Shown here piece by piece: positions 25,895 to 38,787 of a DNA stretch of 64,000 bases. The notes below the pieces were generated by a model. It searched no databases and had not been told where the DNA came from. It worked only from the letters and a program-made list of their open reading frames with translations. Both the position numbers and the translations under genes were made by a program. Every line of letters starts with the position of its first letter. Positions within the stretch are counted from its first letter, which is position 1. The stretch is from Lingula anatina (lineage: Eukaryota; Animalia; Brachiopoda): positions 14,074,001-14,138,000 of the forward strand of contig CM120641.1 of the NCBI GenBank assembly GCA_051362555.1. The letters run 5' to 3'.

Positions 25895-27562
25895 CATTGG
25901 TCAAAAAGGTTGTCCCACCCCCATTTCCATGTACTTTTATTTACAAATGATCACCTAACAGCTGTTAATTGTTAGAAATAGTGTTTTTTATTACGTATAC
26001 CGTGTCTAACATCATTAATGGTTTAAAAAATACAAAATAGTGGTGAAAATATACATATTTTATACCATTTAGTAAAATTTATAAGAGGTACCCCCTCAAA
26101 TCGACTGTTTCACTGTGACTTCTAAAGATGTAAATAAATGACTATAAAATTAAAAAGACGCCATCGAATGTCACCAAATTCACACACAATTAGCATTAGG
26201 GTGTGCTCATTAAAGATCACGTGCCTAACAGCGTGTGCGTCTACCGCGTACTGCAATTTTTTCCTGTAGACGGCGCGACAAGCCTTCAACACGGGTTACA
26301 ATTCTGTTTTGTGGGATATTGTCCCATTCTTCTTATACAAGTTGGGGGAGTTGGTCCACGTTTTTATGGGGTTGGTTCTCCTTTGCATTGCACACTCCAA
26401 TACATGTCACAGTTGATTAGTAAGTTTGATATCAGGGCTCAAAGAATGTGGTTCCATCCTTAGACCACTATGTTTCTTCATCAAACAGTTGCCAGGCGAG
26501 AGGTGTGAGCAAGTGTGCAATCATGATAAAGCCTGAAGTTAACCCCAAAGTCAGTTCTTGAAGATGGAATGAGATATCAGCTGAGAATGCTACGTTCAGT
26601 GATCCCACAGGCACCTGAACCTGGCCATCCATCACTGGAAGGAAGTTGATTTTGATGCAGAATCAAATTATTTCTTGTATCCCATCGATGGTCAAAGAGG
26701 GTCCATAGACATGTTAAAAAATGCCTCTTGGAAGGGTGTGTGCAGGATAATATCGCCTAAGGTGTTAGATCAATCCGCATTTGGAGAACATTCCAAGCCC
26801 ATGGTATTAGTACATTGTTCCTTTTGGAACAAAACGTAACAGGGGCATTTTGATGTAACATTCTCAACAGAAATCTCACTCCATTTGCAAGAGGTGACTT
26901 CAGGGATACTACTGGCTTCATTGTGACGACGCACTTGCTCACAGCTCTCGTCTGGCAAATGATTTGTTGCAGAAACACAGGGCTCTGAGGATGGGACAAC
27001 CGTCTTTGAGCACCTGTGGCATAAATACTGAGCACCTGTGGCATAAATTGGAATGTGCATTGCAGAGGAGAACCAATTCCTAAATAATCTTGACCAATTC
27101 CGCCACGCTCTTTAGGATGAATGGGACAATATCCCACATAACAGAATTGTTACCCATGTTGAAGGCTTGTCGCGCCGTCTACAGGAGATAATTGCAGTAC
27201 GCGGTAGACGCACACGCTGTTAGGCACGTGATCTTTAACGAGCACACCCTAATGCTAATTGTGTGTGAATTTTGTGACATTTGATGGCGTCTTTTCAAAT
27301 TTATAGTCATTTATTTACATCTTTAGAAGTCACAGTGAAACAGTCGATTTGAGGGGGTACCTCTTATAAATTTTACTAAATAGTATAAAATATGTATATT
27401 TTCACCACTATTTTGTATTTTTTTAACCATTAATCATGTTAGACAAGGTATCCGTGATAAAAAGCACTATTTCTAACAGTTCACAGCTATGAGGTGATCA
27501 TTTGTAAATAAAAGTACATGGAAATGGGGGTGGGACAACCTTTTTGACCAATGCTGTATATA
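25712..27562 (-). mobile_element. 5'-truncated retroposon tail with an 11-bp TSD, interrupted by the Tc1 foldback
   Basis: Direct repeat GGCTTACCAAT at 25701-25711 and 27563-27573. On the minus strand AATAAA is followed by an A-rich tail. Contains (TA)n at ~25821-25889. Confidence 0.7.
25892..27556. mobile_element. Tc1-derived foldback element (1665 bp) made of two inverted transposase 3' halves, with ~440-bp near-identical arms
   Basis: CAGCATTGGTCAAAAAGGTTGTCCCACCCCC ... GGGGGTGGGACAACCTTTTTGACCAATGCTG|TA, inserted in a (TA)n tract. Both arms encode, reading outward, EWDNIP.NRIVT.VEGLSRRLQE.IAVRGRRTRC* (Tc1 C-terminus). Confidence 0.9.
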
Positions 27563-27994
27563 GGCTTACCAATGAATGGGAAGCGGACTCATGGGGGACT
27601 CTTTATCACGTTACACCGGGAGTAGTTGGCTCAGTACGACACTTTTGGCCTCGTGGAACCAAATCAGAATAAGTCAGAGCACCCAAACCGGTTTTAGAAC
27701 GAGCGGCGAGGACTTGGCTACGGATGCAATGTCACTGTTTTGCAAATATCATGCCACATGACGCGTTTTATTCGCCCAATCTATGATACGAGACATCTTG
27801 GATCCTAGGCCCAAACGAATAAAATGTGTTAAATAGTTCTATTAATGAAAATTAGTCATCATTATTTCAACATATTTGTCGAGTGTAAAATTGTCCAATT
27901 CGAGGTCCGGTGGTGTAATGTATCTTCAACGTGTCCTTAAGCTATATAGCCCAGTCTCGTCTCCGCATGAAACCTATAAGGGGAAACTAGAAAA

Positions 27995-29748
27995 ATGTTG
28001 AGAAAATTTAAAAACTGCCACCTTCGCTTAGTTGGCTTTTTCTTCGCTTTGATCGTATGTCTTTTAGTGATAACAAACATGGGTGATTCGTATAAACAAT
28101 TCAACAGCTGGCAAAGGACAGTGTCAGGTAAGTCCATCTTTGATAAGAAAAAAGCAGCGGTTTATCTACTCGGAGATCCTCGCATCATTGAAGTCTCGCA
28201 TCATTTAAATGTTTGCGGTGTATCTTACTTTATGTTACCTTAAAAAACTAGTGCCAAATAATAAGAAATACAGCATACCATTAGCTCGCAGCCTTCATAA
28301 TGTGTTGTTGTTTATGTCGACGATGGGTGGTGCCGTAATTTGAAAAGGGGACAAAGAAATGAAAATTAGATGAAAGAATCTTTTTAAAACAGACACAGAG
28401 CAAACAATAACATTGCATGTATATTACTGGCCATGTCCACAAAATCTGAATATACAACAGAAATGGTTTATGAGAAATGCATTGTTTCTGTTTTTATCAC
28501 ATATGCATTAAAAGAATAACAAAAAAAGTATGTTAATATTGTAGCTTTGTTTCAGGTCTGAAAAACATTGGTAGAAAGAGCACTGCGTTGCTATCTTATG
28601 ACTACAACCAGCAGACACCTTATAAAGCCGAAAACAAAGAGAGAGGAGAGACTTCGTTTACTTACAACTTAAACGAAAGCAATTATCAAAACGACAGCAA
28701 AGCCAACCGAGTAGATGCGCCGATCAAAAATAAAGACCTGAATTTAGAATTGTGCACGGCAGCCTACCGATACACTCCACCGGGAAGGCGATTGCAGATT
28801 GCTGGATATAACCACACTCAAGTAGATAATTGTATTGCACCCGCTTGTGAACTTAACAACAAACGATCTCCTGTAAATATCATTGGATGTAAAGCAACAT
28901 CTGACAAAAAAATCAGTGAAAAAGTGACAGTCGTCGTGAAAACGATAAGGAGGTTAACCCTGGTAAAACGACTTATAGAATCCCTACATTATTTTTTCCC
29001 TGGAGTTAAAGTAATTGTAATAGATGATCATTTTATGAATAATACCACTGAAAACACGGAAGAACTTTGGAATAGGTTTTTGAAGAAATGCAATGGCTTG
29101 GTCACTTATATGACTCTGAATGGAAATGCAGGGATATCCAAAGGTAGAAACACAGGTCTTAAAGAGGTGAAATCTGAATATTTTCTTCTTCTTGATGATG
29201 ATTTTATCATAACCAATCAAACAACAATTTCAAAGATGGTGGGCATCTTAGATAGCACTGATCTGACACTTGTAGCAGGTACTCTAAAAAACCACCCGCC
29301 TTTCGTTTCTGTATTAAGAATACATCCAGGAAACTTAACATCACATTTACAGCCATGCGAATATCTGAACATGGCGTACGAAGAAATTCCTTCCTTCCCA
29401 TATTGTTATGCAGTAGACTATGTTTTAAACCTTTTCCTTGCCAGGACTGAAGCCATTCGTAGTATTGGAGGTTGGGATGAAGACTTGCTGGTTGCAGAAC
29501 ACAGGGATTTCATGTTTCGTCTGAGAAAAGCTGGTTATAAACTTGCAGTTTGTACAGATATATATTTTAAACATAAGCCATTTTCTACACCAGATTACCA
29601 CACATATAGACAAATACAGGGTGAAAAATTCAAGGCACTCTTTCAAATGAAATGGAACATCAGTGAACCTATCCGCATATATGAACCCAAATTTTATTTC
29701 AATCATACATGCATTGATAACTCAGTAGATTCAAGCAAGGCTACATGA
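27995..29748 (+). CDS. GT2-family B4GALNT-like glycosyltransferase, copy 2
   Basis: Exon 1 27995-28127 (signal-anchor LVGFFFALIVCLLVI, donor G|GTAAG) joins in phase to exon 2 28556-29748. Motifs GISKGRNTGL, FLLLDDDF, EHRDF. Confidence 0.88.
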
Positions 29749-31073
29749 CATGACAACGTTGTACTTTTAGATTTCAGTTAAAGATGAATTAAGGTAAATT
29801 GCTCACAGCTCGGTGATTTTGCACTCGTGAGAAATGTCACCTACCACGGTAAAGGAAAATAATCAGTGGAGTCATGGCGTTTTACTTTTTTTTCACAATT
29901 TTTATATATTGTTTATTAATCTAATCAAAATATCCCATACTCTAATTTCATCTGGTTTGTTTCGAGATAACATTTTACAGGCGCTATCACAATATAGCTT
30001 TACGCAGAAAAAGGATATGGTATTGTGAAGAAAGACATCTGCTGGTCGAGGTGATAAGTTGGGATCTTAATACCTTGTGTTTGTGTGCAATACAAGATAC
30101 ACCTACATGTATGTTATACATTTTATCTGTAAAGTTCGTTCAGGCGACGAAATAACGATCTATGAACTCATTTTACCTATTCTTTACCTTAGCTTCTCAA
30201 TTTTGAGTAATGGAGAGAGAGGCTTGTGAATTTCACTTGCAATTATAAAAGCAAGGATATATATCATTATTTTTGCAACAGTTTTGGACAGCATATACCT
30301 TGGTGATTAAGGAAAATAATTTTATTCCCATCACGTATTCATTCAGGTTTCTCAATTTATTTTAAAACAAATTAATATTTCAAATATTAATTATTGAAAC
30401 CTGATTGAGGGGAGTATTGAGGTGGGGAAGAGAAGGTGTGCGTACACGGTACGTTATTTAAGATGGGATGCAACGATGCGGGGATCTATCGGTGTGAGGT
30501 CACATCGATGTGAGTACTGGGGGTGAGGGTACATGTAGACATAACCCCGGAGTTCCCTGATTGTCTAAAGTATTAATTGAAGACATCTTTATAGGGGAAA
30601 TGACGGCTAAGATTACGTTGCTCTTGTGTCCTCAGGTTACTTTTAGTGGTTTTCAACTTTTATTATGTCCATTTGTCTTCAATAAGTATTAAAGAGCTAA
30701 TGTTTAACATATAAATCAACGGTCAAGCCATGAATCGTGTTATTTTGATTAAAAAAAATAACTACCAGGATATGTACATGTCGGATATGAACCAACCACC
30801 TCTAAACTTTTTTTTTCGGAAATTGTATCAAGACCGGCATTCCCCACTGATAAATGTCTGGCCTGTCATGATGTTGACCCCTCTATCAACCAAATCCCCC
30901 ACTGAGTTAACGCTAAATCGCGAGGTTTTGGGCTCGCTCGGATGGTGCCCATTTACAACTCGTTTACATTATTTAAACATTTAATTCGTGCTAGACCAGC
31001 ATCACTGCAATTTAGTATACGCTGCATGAATTTGTAATTCGGGTGTTCTATTTATACAACTAAAAAGGACATC

Positions 31074-32788
31074 ATGTCGAAGAAGTGTACGATTTGCCGT
31101 CTTGGTTTGGCTTTCTTCGTGATGGCGGGAAGTCTTCTTTTACTTGACTTTTCACTCAAGTATCGGTATAAACCTACTTACATACGAACTAAAGGAGATG
31201 ACAGTAAAGTCTTCGGTATGTATATATGGGAAGATCATACGAATCTTCTATAATTGGGGTCAGTTTTTTCTGATCATAGTGTTCCATAAAAGCTGCAACG
31301 ATATAGTTTGAAGGTTGTTATTCATGATGAAACTATTTTACAAAAACGTATACCTGTCGAGTTATTTGTGCTTTTCTATTTCCCTCATAAATTGGAAGTC
31401 ATAATGAAAAATGCTTAATGTCTAGGAAGTAGCAACTAAGCTAATTTTGTTCTCTGGTCATAAGGAATTCATTTTTGTAAAAAAAAGGTCTACAGGAAGG
31501 CCCATTCCAGGGCTCGACATTTCGGTCTATTAAAGTGGCAAATTTCCTCAAACAAATGTTGGACACGCCATCAGTATACACTTCGTTCTGGTGTACCCGG
31601 ATTTAGAAGACAGGTGGCTAAATCTGGTCTCAGATATAAATTCTTAATTGCATTTTTTGCATAACGCCGCTTCATTAAGTTACGTAACACCGCCACCATT
31701 TACACACTTTGCAAGTCCCTGGCTGACAAAATCGACTTCTCTAGATTGTCAATCTCCTGTATGATTTCGTATAAGCTCACACAGAATTTCCTTTGGGGAA
31801 CCTTATTACATAGAGACCAGGGTTTTGCGTGTGTTTGTTTGGGATATATTTTAATTATAAATAACCCAACAATCTGATTGCTCAGTATTTTATCAACCTG
31901 ATTGCTCAGTATTTCATTCAATATCTTTATGACCTACTTAATTTAAGCTGATTAACTTGTATTTCATGAGATACGTCTGGTCATTTTTAAATGCAAGAGC
32001 TCAAGCAAAAATTTAGCATTAACTTTTGATATGCTAAACTTCCGTCTCTATGTTTAGTCCTATAGAAAATCGACCCAGTTTTCTATCGGGAATATTAAAG
32101 AGTGCTGTAGGAAATGGCATTAGATTTCATTCTGTTTTTCTGTTTTTTATTGTTACTGAAGAATATTGCTATCTTAAAATTAGTTCAAGCAACAATTCAC
32201 CTAAATTATGTAATGAAGACACCTTTGAACTTGTTTTAGATTTATATTGCTTTTATCACCATGAGAGAAAACATCCCTCTTCACTCAAATGTATTGAAAT
32301 AGAATGACAAAAATAACTTTCGTAATGGCATGCATTCACTTAAATTACGGCTAGGGTCTAAGTTTCGTAAGGGTATCCACTCACTTAACTTATGGCTTGG
32401 GTTTACTGTAAGTTGCCATCTGTACTTCATTACATAAACTTAGGGCCTACTTAAGATGAATACATGTAGCACGCATTATAGCTGCACCTGAAAATAACAC
32501 TGAAAGCCAAACCTTAGTGTGACTATTGATCTTATACAGAGTCAGCAGGACACAAACACATATTATATTAAGATGATGCTATTCGTTATATTACACATCA
32601 TTATGTACTACCCATATCACATTTTCTCTAACTTATCGTTTAGAATCATGCTTGCTATTTTTTTTTTTTTTTTTTTTTTTTGTGTGATTTCTGTCCAAAA
32701 TACCAAACAACCTCTGATAATACTTTATTACGTCACTCTCAAAGGCTTGGCTCTCAGTGTTGTGAATGCAACAGAAATTTTTAAAAGT

Positions 32789-32837
<49 letters not shown>

Positions 32838-34045
32838 AGGAGCAGTGTCTTTCAATATAATAGCCTTTGTTTTATTTTTAAGATAACAGCTGGCAATTAC
32901 GTAATGTAACTGCACGTACTGAACATATACAGGAGATAATTTTTTACGGCGAAAACGAAAGTGATCATCATAGCAAAACGGAAAGCAATAAGCACAGTGA
33001 GCATGGGGGAGATTCCATGAGTCTAAAGCAAATAGGATCAGGTAAGAATAGTAAGGAATGTGGATCAGCTTCAAACTACACGAAACATGGACATGGGTTT
33101 CAAATTGTTGGGTATAACTATACTCATGTGAAAGACTGCTTAGCTCGAGGATGTGAACTAAATGACAAGAGGTCTCCTGTCAAGATCCTATCATGTGATA
33201 CTGCAGCGGACAAAAGAGTGGCTGAAAAGGTGACGGTAGTTGTGAAAACAATCCAGAGGTTAACAAGTGTTATGCGGCTTATAGAATCATTACACAGTTT
33301 TTACCCAGGGGTGAAAGTCATTGTTGTTGACGACCACTTTAACATCACTCTTCCTTCTCCTGAACAAGTAAAAAGCATGCACCGACTTTGGCGGGAATTT
33401 ATGGACAATTCTCATGGTTTAGTGAAGTATATCAAACTACCTGGAAATGCTGGACTTGCCAAAGGCAGGAACACAGGCCTTAAAGATGTGAAATCTGAAT
33501 ACTTTCTTCTTCTTGATGACGATTTTATCATAACTAATCAAACAAACATCACAAAGATGGTAGATATTTTGGATAGAACTGATCTGACACTCGTAGCAGG
33601 CACTTTGGCAAATAACGGGCCTTTCATTTGTGTTTTAAGAATACATCCCAGTAGTACTGGATCTAGTTTACAACCATGTGAGTATATGAATATGGCATAT
33701 GAAGAAGTGCCTTCCTTTCCATCCTGTTATGCAGTAGACTATGTTTTAAACCTTTTCCTTGCCAGGACTAAAAACATTCGTGAGATTGGAGGTTGGAATA
33801 ATAACCTATTGGTAAATGAACACAGAGATTTCATGTTTCGTCTAAGAAAAGCTGGTTATAAGATTGCGGTGTGCACTGATATAGAATTACAGCATAAACG
33901 AATTAAATCTATAAAATACGACTTGGGTTACAGGAAAGTGGCGCTACATAAGTATAGTGCAATTTTTCAAAAGAAATGGAACATCAGTGAGCCGATTTCT
34001 TACACCGAACCGCGACTGTACTATAACTATATATGCAATCATTAA
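31074..34045 (+). CDS. GT2-family B4GALNT-like glycosyltransferase, copy 3
   Basis: Exon 1 31074-31215 (MSKKCTICRLGLAFFVMAGSLLLLDFSLKYRYKPTY..., too short for the ORF track, paralogous to copy 1 exon 1) joins in phase to exon 2 32883-34045. Same catalytic motifs. Confidence 0.88.
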
Positions 34046-34760
34046 TTCAGTCTAAGTTATTACAGGATTTGGAAATGTTTTTTCAATAACTTCACATATC
34101 ACTTTTGATGTGAATGCATTAATTGCTATTCTTGCGTTTTGTATCAAGTTCTCTCTGAAGCTCAGGGTGATTTTGACCGACTGTTCTCGAAACTCGAAAG
34201 CGAGTGAAGAAACGGGAGCACCCTATTTTTATATATCGCTGGGGTGACAGTGTATTATCTCACACATATGTTTCAACAAATTTATTTTGAAATTCTTCAA
34301 TGATAATAATAAACGTATTATAAAGAAAGCGTTTTTTTGTCTATTAATTAATTACGTTAAAATGCTATTTTGTAGAAATTATAGCGTCAAAGACGCCAAA
34401 ATCGTCTTTACTTCTAATTCTTTTACCTGGTTCAGACGTTTCAGGGTTTTCATGACATTGGAAGGTTATAATTGGAAACATGTATGTATGTACGTATAAA
34501 TGTACGCTGGCAATGCTTTATTTAAATCTATTACACACTTACGTGTTACCCATCTAGAAAAACCCAACAAAAATCGTATGTGTCTTGTGGGGAAAAAACG
34601 CATCGAAATATTCACTTTTGTCTTTTATGATTCAATGAAATTTCACTTGACAGATTTGTCTCTAACATTAGAAAATAGAGGAGCTGACTCAGCTAAATTA
34701 TTTTTTTCATTGAAATTTTTGTAAAGGGATATTGTCAATGTCGATTACTTCATATAGATC

Positions 34761-34816
34761 ACAAACCCACATTGGATGATTGGATATGCAAACCCACATT
34801 GGATGATTGGATATGC
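34761..34816. repeat. Perfect 27-bp tandem duplication
   Basis: CAAACCCACATTGGATGATTGGATATG occurs twice in tandem. Confidence 0.9.
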
Positions 34817-35272
34817 AAGCATATAGAACATGTTTATGTTCTTACAAGTTACGTTAAATACTGACGCATTTTCAAGACTAGATTGGCATTTACCTCGACT
34901 GCAACAGTATTTTACAGTGCTTAGCTGAAAGTGAAGTCGTGCTAGAAATGTAAACAGACGGATTAAACTTTAAAGTATGCACTTGTCGAGTTGTACAAAT
35001 TAGACGATTAATGAACATTATTTCGCGCTGGACTATGTAGGACAAACTGTAGATAACTTAGTGATATCATTGAAATATGAATAACAACGCAGTTTGAATA
35101 AGGGAGCTGTTGCGGAAACTTTTTCGGAGAAAAAATCGTATGTAGTTAAGCTGTAGGAAATCGCAACATATTTCGGCGCTGAAGGCAGTATCGAAAGAGC
35201 ACAAATTACATTAACTGCGTCCTTCAAGTTGTCACCGGCTTATGAATAACGCAGACCAGGAATTTTGTCATC

Positions 35273-37857
35273 ATGAAGTCATGGAAAAGAACGAGAGTTC
35301 AGCATCTTGACAGAACGTTTAATCGAAGACATAACCAACCTTACCGCGAAAACAGAGTCAACGGTTTCGTAAAATATTCCATGTTTTTTTTCAACGTGTT
35401 ATTTTGGCTTGTAGGAGGTACTCTAAGCGGAACATCCCTGTGGGCAATAAGTTTTAAAGTCGCCGAAAAGGTTGCCATAGCCACTGAATTAAACATGGAC
35501 CCTTTCCTGGTTCCACTTATTGTGGGAGCATTTATGTTTACCATCTCCTTCTTCGGATGTGTGGGTTCTTTAAGGGAAAACGAATGCATGCTGAAGATGT
35601 TTGCATATTCTTTGGCAATCATTCTTGTCTTGGAAGCAGTTCTGTCGTTTGTTCTCGTATTTTATAAAGACGCTATATCAGAGCATGTAGAAAAAAGTCT
35701 CTGCATCGGGGTGAAGCAGTATATGGACGACCCAGACTGGTCCTTGATACTGGATTCGGTGCAGAAAGACCTTCAATGCTGTGGAGTTAATGGGTTCGCT
35801 GACTGGGAAATCAATGAGTTAGTACATTTTTAATTAAGAATTTGTGCGTTCCACTTAAAAAAACATGCATGTACAGGAATTTGGGTGTATAATAATGTCA
35901 CCACTACCTTTTATGTCTGAGATTTTGTTTCCGTTAATGCGTAGATGTCTATAAACAAAATTAATAACGAAATATTTCCTTTAAATGTTGTCTGTGTTTC
36001 AGAAATTATGTCATCACTATTTATCGAAAACTAATCGAATCATGCTCTAGGCAAGGGATTTTACTTGCACGGGGTGGGGGAAATCTTAAATCAAAATCTG
36101 TTCATTTTAATATAATAAGCCCCGAGTTTGTCGCAGCGGGTTCCTTTCAGCTGAAGAGTAGCGCTGCTGTTTGATACAATTTTACACACTAAACGGGGAG
36201 GGTAGTGCCTTGACAGGAATATACAAAACCATTCTTACGAGGCAAAAATGCCTAAAGGATATGGTTATGCATATTTTATAGATACATATTTACCAAATCT
36301 CCTTTCATTAAATTCTGGGAACGAAGGTTTCGGTTTCATGGTCACATGTATTGATATTTTTCTCCCTAGCAAAATTATTGCCACCCCTAATGTAATGCGT
36401 AAAGTGATGCAGAAAATCATGTTATAAAATGTTTTCTATTCAACTTCTGAAAGGATTTTTAAACAGAATTTTACTGATTGTACAACCAATAAAAAAGCTA
36501 ATCAAAGTGTTTTGTACAGTATCTTCATAATTGGAGCATGCACCCGCCGCGTCTGTGAGTGAAGTAAAAAAGTTTTGTTACGTTTGCGGAGTGATGGCGT
36601 TCCACATACGGTGCAAAGAAAGTATGAGATAATTATTGTTTGTAGGGCTATCCCTCAGTTATCCATTTCGGGGATATCCCACTCGTTCTCACTGAGGTTC
36701 TGATCTAGGGATTCGGCAACCCTGCCAAAATAACGCCGACTGTGCAGACGTCTTCTGACGACAACTTTAAAATATGGTTTGTCCTATTCTTGGTAAAGAT
36801 TGCAGTCAAGTTCCTAAATGTCATGAAACGTTTTCTGCAAGGAAGGCGTGTTATCATTCTCTCTTCTCTGGGTGTTCCTTCGATTGGTCTTTCCCAGGCA
36901 ATCTTACCCGTGTGCCTGTTTGGTAATGACGTTGACTAACCCTGTGTGTGGCTCTCATGGAACAAAACAAAAACAACCTTCTGTGTTTCCCTCTCATTTA
37001 GGAACCGCACATTAAAAATAAAATTGGTGTGGGGGCTTTTCAGTGGCCATGCTAGGTACATGTAGGTTAATATTTTATTACTCACATCTCCAATGTGTAC
37101 GATGATCTAAAATTTGGGCTTCGTTCACATGCAATGTCTATTTTCTAATTACTGGCAGCGCGAGCCAGTTACTTATAGTAACTTATAGTAACTGGCTCGC
37201 GCTGCCAGTAATTACGCGGCGGGATATTCAGTGCACAGACCGTGATCATAAGACATGCCGCAAATAGAAAATAGAATTTAGAAAATAGACATTGCATGTG
37301 AACGAAGCCTAAATCTATGGGTACCCCTGTAGCAATGTACCCAAATGTGGTAGGGGTGACACTTTTTTTTTTACCAGGGGGGTATACTTACAAATTACAG
37401 CTAGATTCTGCTTTATGTTTTCATATCACAAACGGGTATGTAAACCAAACGATATAAGTACAAAGTCAGCCTTCGAGTCGCAAACATAATCTGCATTTAT
37501 AACGTTGAGACTCACTAATAAAAATACTTCATAGTGCTAATCCAGTTATCTTTTCACAGGTACTTCAATTGCACTTCTCCTGGCATATTTGCATGCAGTG
37601 TCCCGCATAGTTGCTGCCGTGCCCAGACCACAGAGCTGCCAAACTATTTATGTGGCGTGATGACCAAGAACAAACTGGTTCGCAATCTTACCATGATTTT
37701 GACGGAGGGGTGCATGGTTAAGATTGACGAATTGATAAACGAAAATTCCTGGATTGTTATTGGTGTTACTATAGGACTCGTGTCTATACAAGTCTTAGCA
37801 ATTGTATTTGCAAGGAAAATTATTTGCCATATTGAAATGGTAAAAGCTAACTGGTGA
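35273..37857 (+). CDS. Tetraspanin of the TspanC8 subgroup (TSPAN5/14/17/33-like)
   Basis: Exon 1 35273-35817 (GA|GTTAGT) plus exon 2 37560-37857. Four TM segments, VKYSMFFFNVLFW, GCVGSLREN, CCG, DWEINEYFNC, CSVPHSCC, LCG, EGC (the eight canonical large-loop cysteines). Confidence 0.92.
36520..36960 (-). pseudogene. Degenerate, internally deleted Tc1 transposase in the tetraspanin intron
   Basis: Minus-strand fragments TPREERMITRL..RKRFMT, VRRRLHSRRYFGRVA (Tc1 HTH region) and WNAITPQT*QN...RRVHA (C-terminus). Confidence 0.7.
37117..37309. mobile_element. Family B palindromic MITE, copy with a deletion in the left arm
   Basis: Same termini and centre as 16704-16960; lacks ~65 bp between two TAATT pentamers. 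Confidence 0.9.
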
Positions 37858-38425
37858 AACCGAAAGTGTGTGGTATAATTATTTATTTAAACTTTTCACA
37901 ATACTTTATACAATAAACAATTGTACAAGAATGCATAATTTACCTTATATTCAGGATATGCTAATTCATTAAGCTACATTTCTATTCTTGATACACTAGA
38001 CTCAAAGGTGAGAACGACGGCTTTCTGCTTTTGCGTCATGCTCAAGGAGTTACAATTTCACGCTCTAGCTTCTACGCCTGTCTATTTATGTGCAAATGTG
38101 GCTTTGGAACATTAGCGAGTTAACTTAAGTTTAAAGACGATGCATAAGAGAGGAAAATAATCGTACAAATTTGTTAAAAGTATTTGTGCAATACGTTGAT
38201 GGCCGTCTATCAAAAGTATCACCTGTTTGACAGAAAACTTCAGCTTGAAAACAACGTCACACTTTTCTCATAAAACTATTGGTCCTTTCAAGCATTTACA
38301 ATTCTATTATATTTCACAGCCCAAATAATATGCCAGAAACTCTAGAATGCCGTTATATTTGAAACCATATCAATTACAGGGGTATCTATCGAAGAGACAT
38401 TTTATTAGTTTTCGAGAATATTTCC

Positions 38426-38787
38426 TTAATCTAAATGAAAGACAGTCTGCTGAATTCCAGGAATATGAGTACAGTCTGTCATCTTTTTCTACATCTTCCA
38501 TAATGATCATACAGGGTCAGGTGTACTATTCTCATCTGTTTAGGTGCTAAAGTAAAAAAATGATAAATTCTTACCGTTACATATTTGAGTTTTTCAAACA
38601 AGCCGTTTTCTTTGTTTTATATTTTGCAATATTTTGGAAATGTAGTTAAGGGCGTATAGGGAACAATTATAAACCATAAGGTCATCATAGATGTTCACTT
38701 ACACTCCAAAATAAAGGCGGGAATTTGTATTTTGTAAAGCTAAAGGATATTAAAAAACAAATTCAAACCACAAAAATTGATGTTGCT
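38426..38787 (-). pseudogene. Decayed duplicate of the ATAD1 last exon plus adjoining intron
   Basis: TTAATCTAAATGAAAGACAGTCTGCTGAATTCCAGGAATATGAGTACAGTCTGTCATCTTTT aligns to 45024-45086. The acceptor is retained (GGTGCTAAA) but an in-frame TAA follows. CAAATTCAAACCACAAAAATTGATGTTGCT matches ~45372-45402. Confidence 0.8.

Larger units (their letters stand above)
25609..27619. mobile_element. Small TIR element (~150 bp when empty) hosting two nested insertions
   Basis: TIRs CCGGTGTAACG / CGTTACACCGG with GA on both outer sides. Confidence 0.6.

Noticed and set aside
27008-27048. Direct repeat TGAGCACCTGTGGCATAAAT x2, CRISPR-like at a glance
   Set aside because: Only two adjacent units with no spacers and no cas genes; a local duplication inside a eukaryotic Tc1 relic.
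26203-27137. ORFs 26203-26463 (+) and 26757-27137 (-), which resemble each other
   Set aside because: They are antisense shadows of the two inverted Tc1 transposase relics, not genes.
32519-33074. ORFs with poly-K or poly-F
   Set aside because: Translations of intronic poly-A and poly-T tracts.
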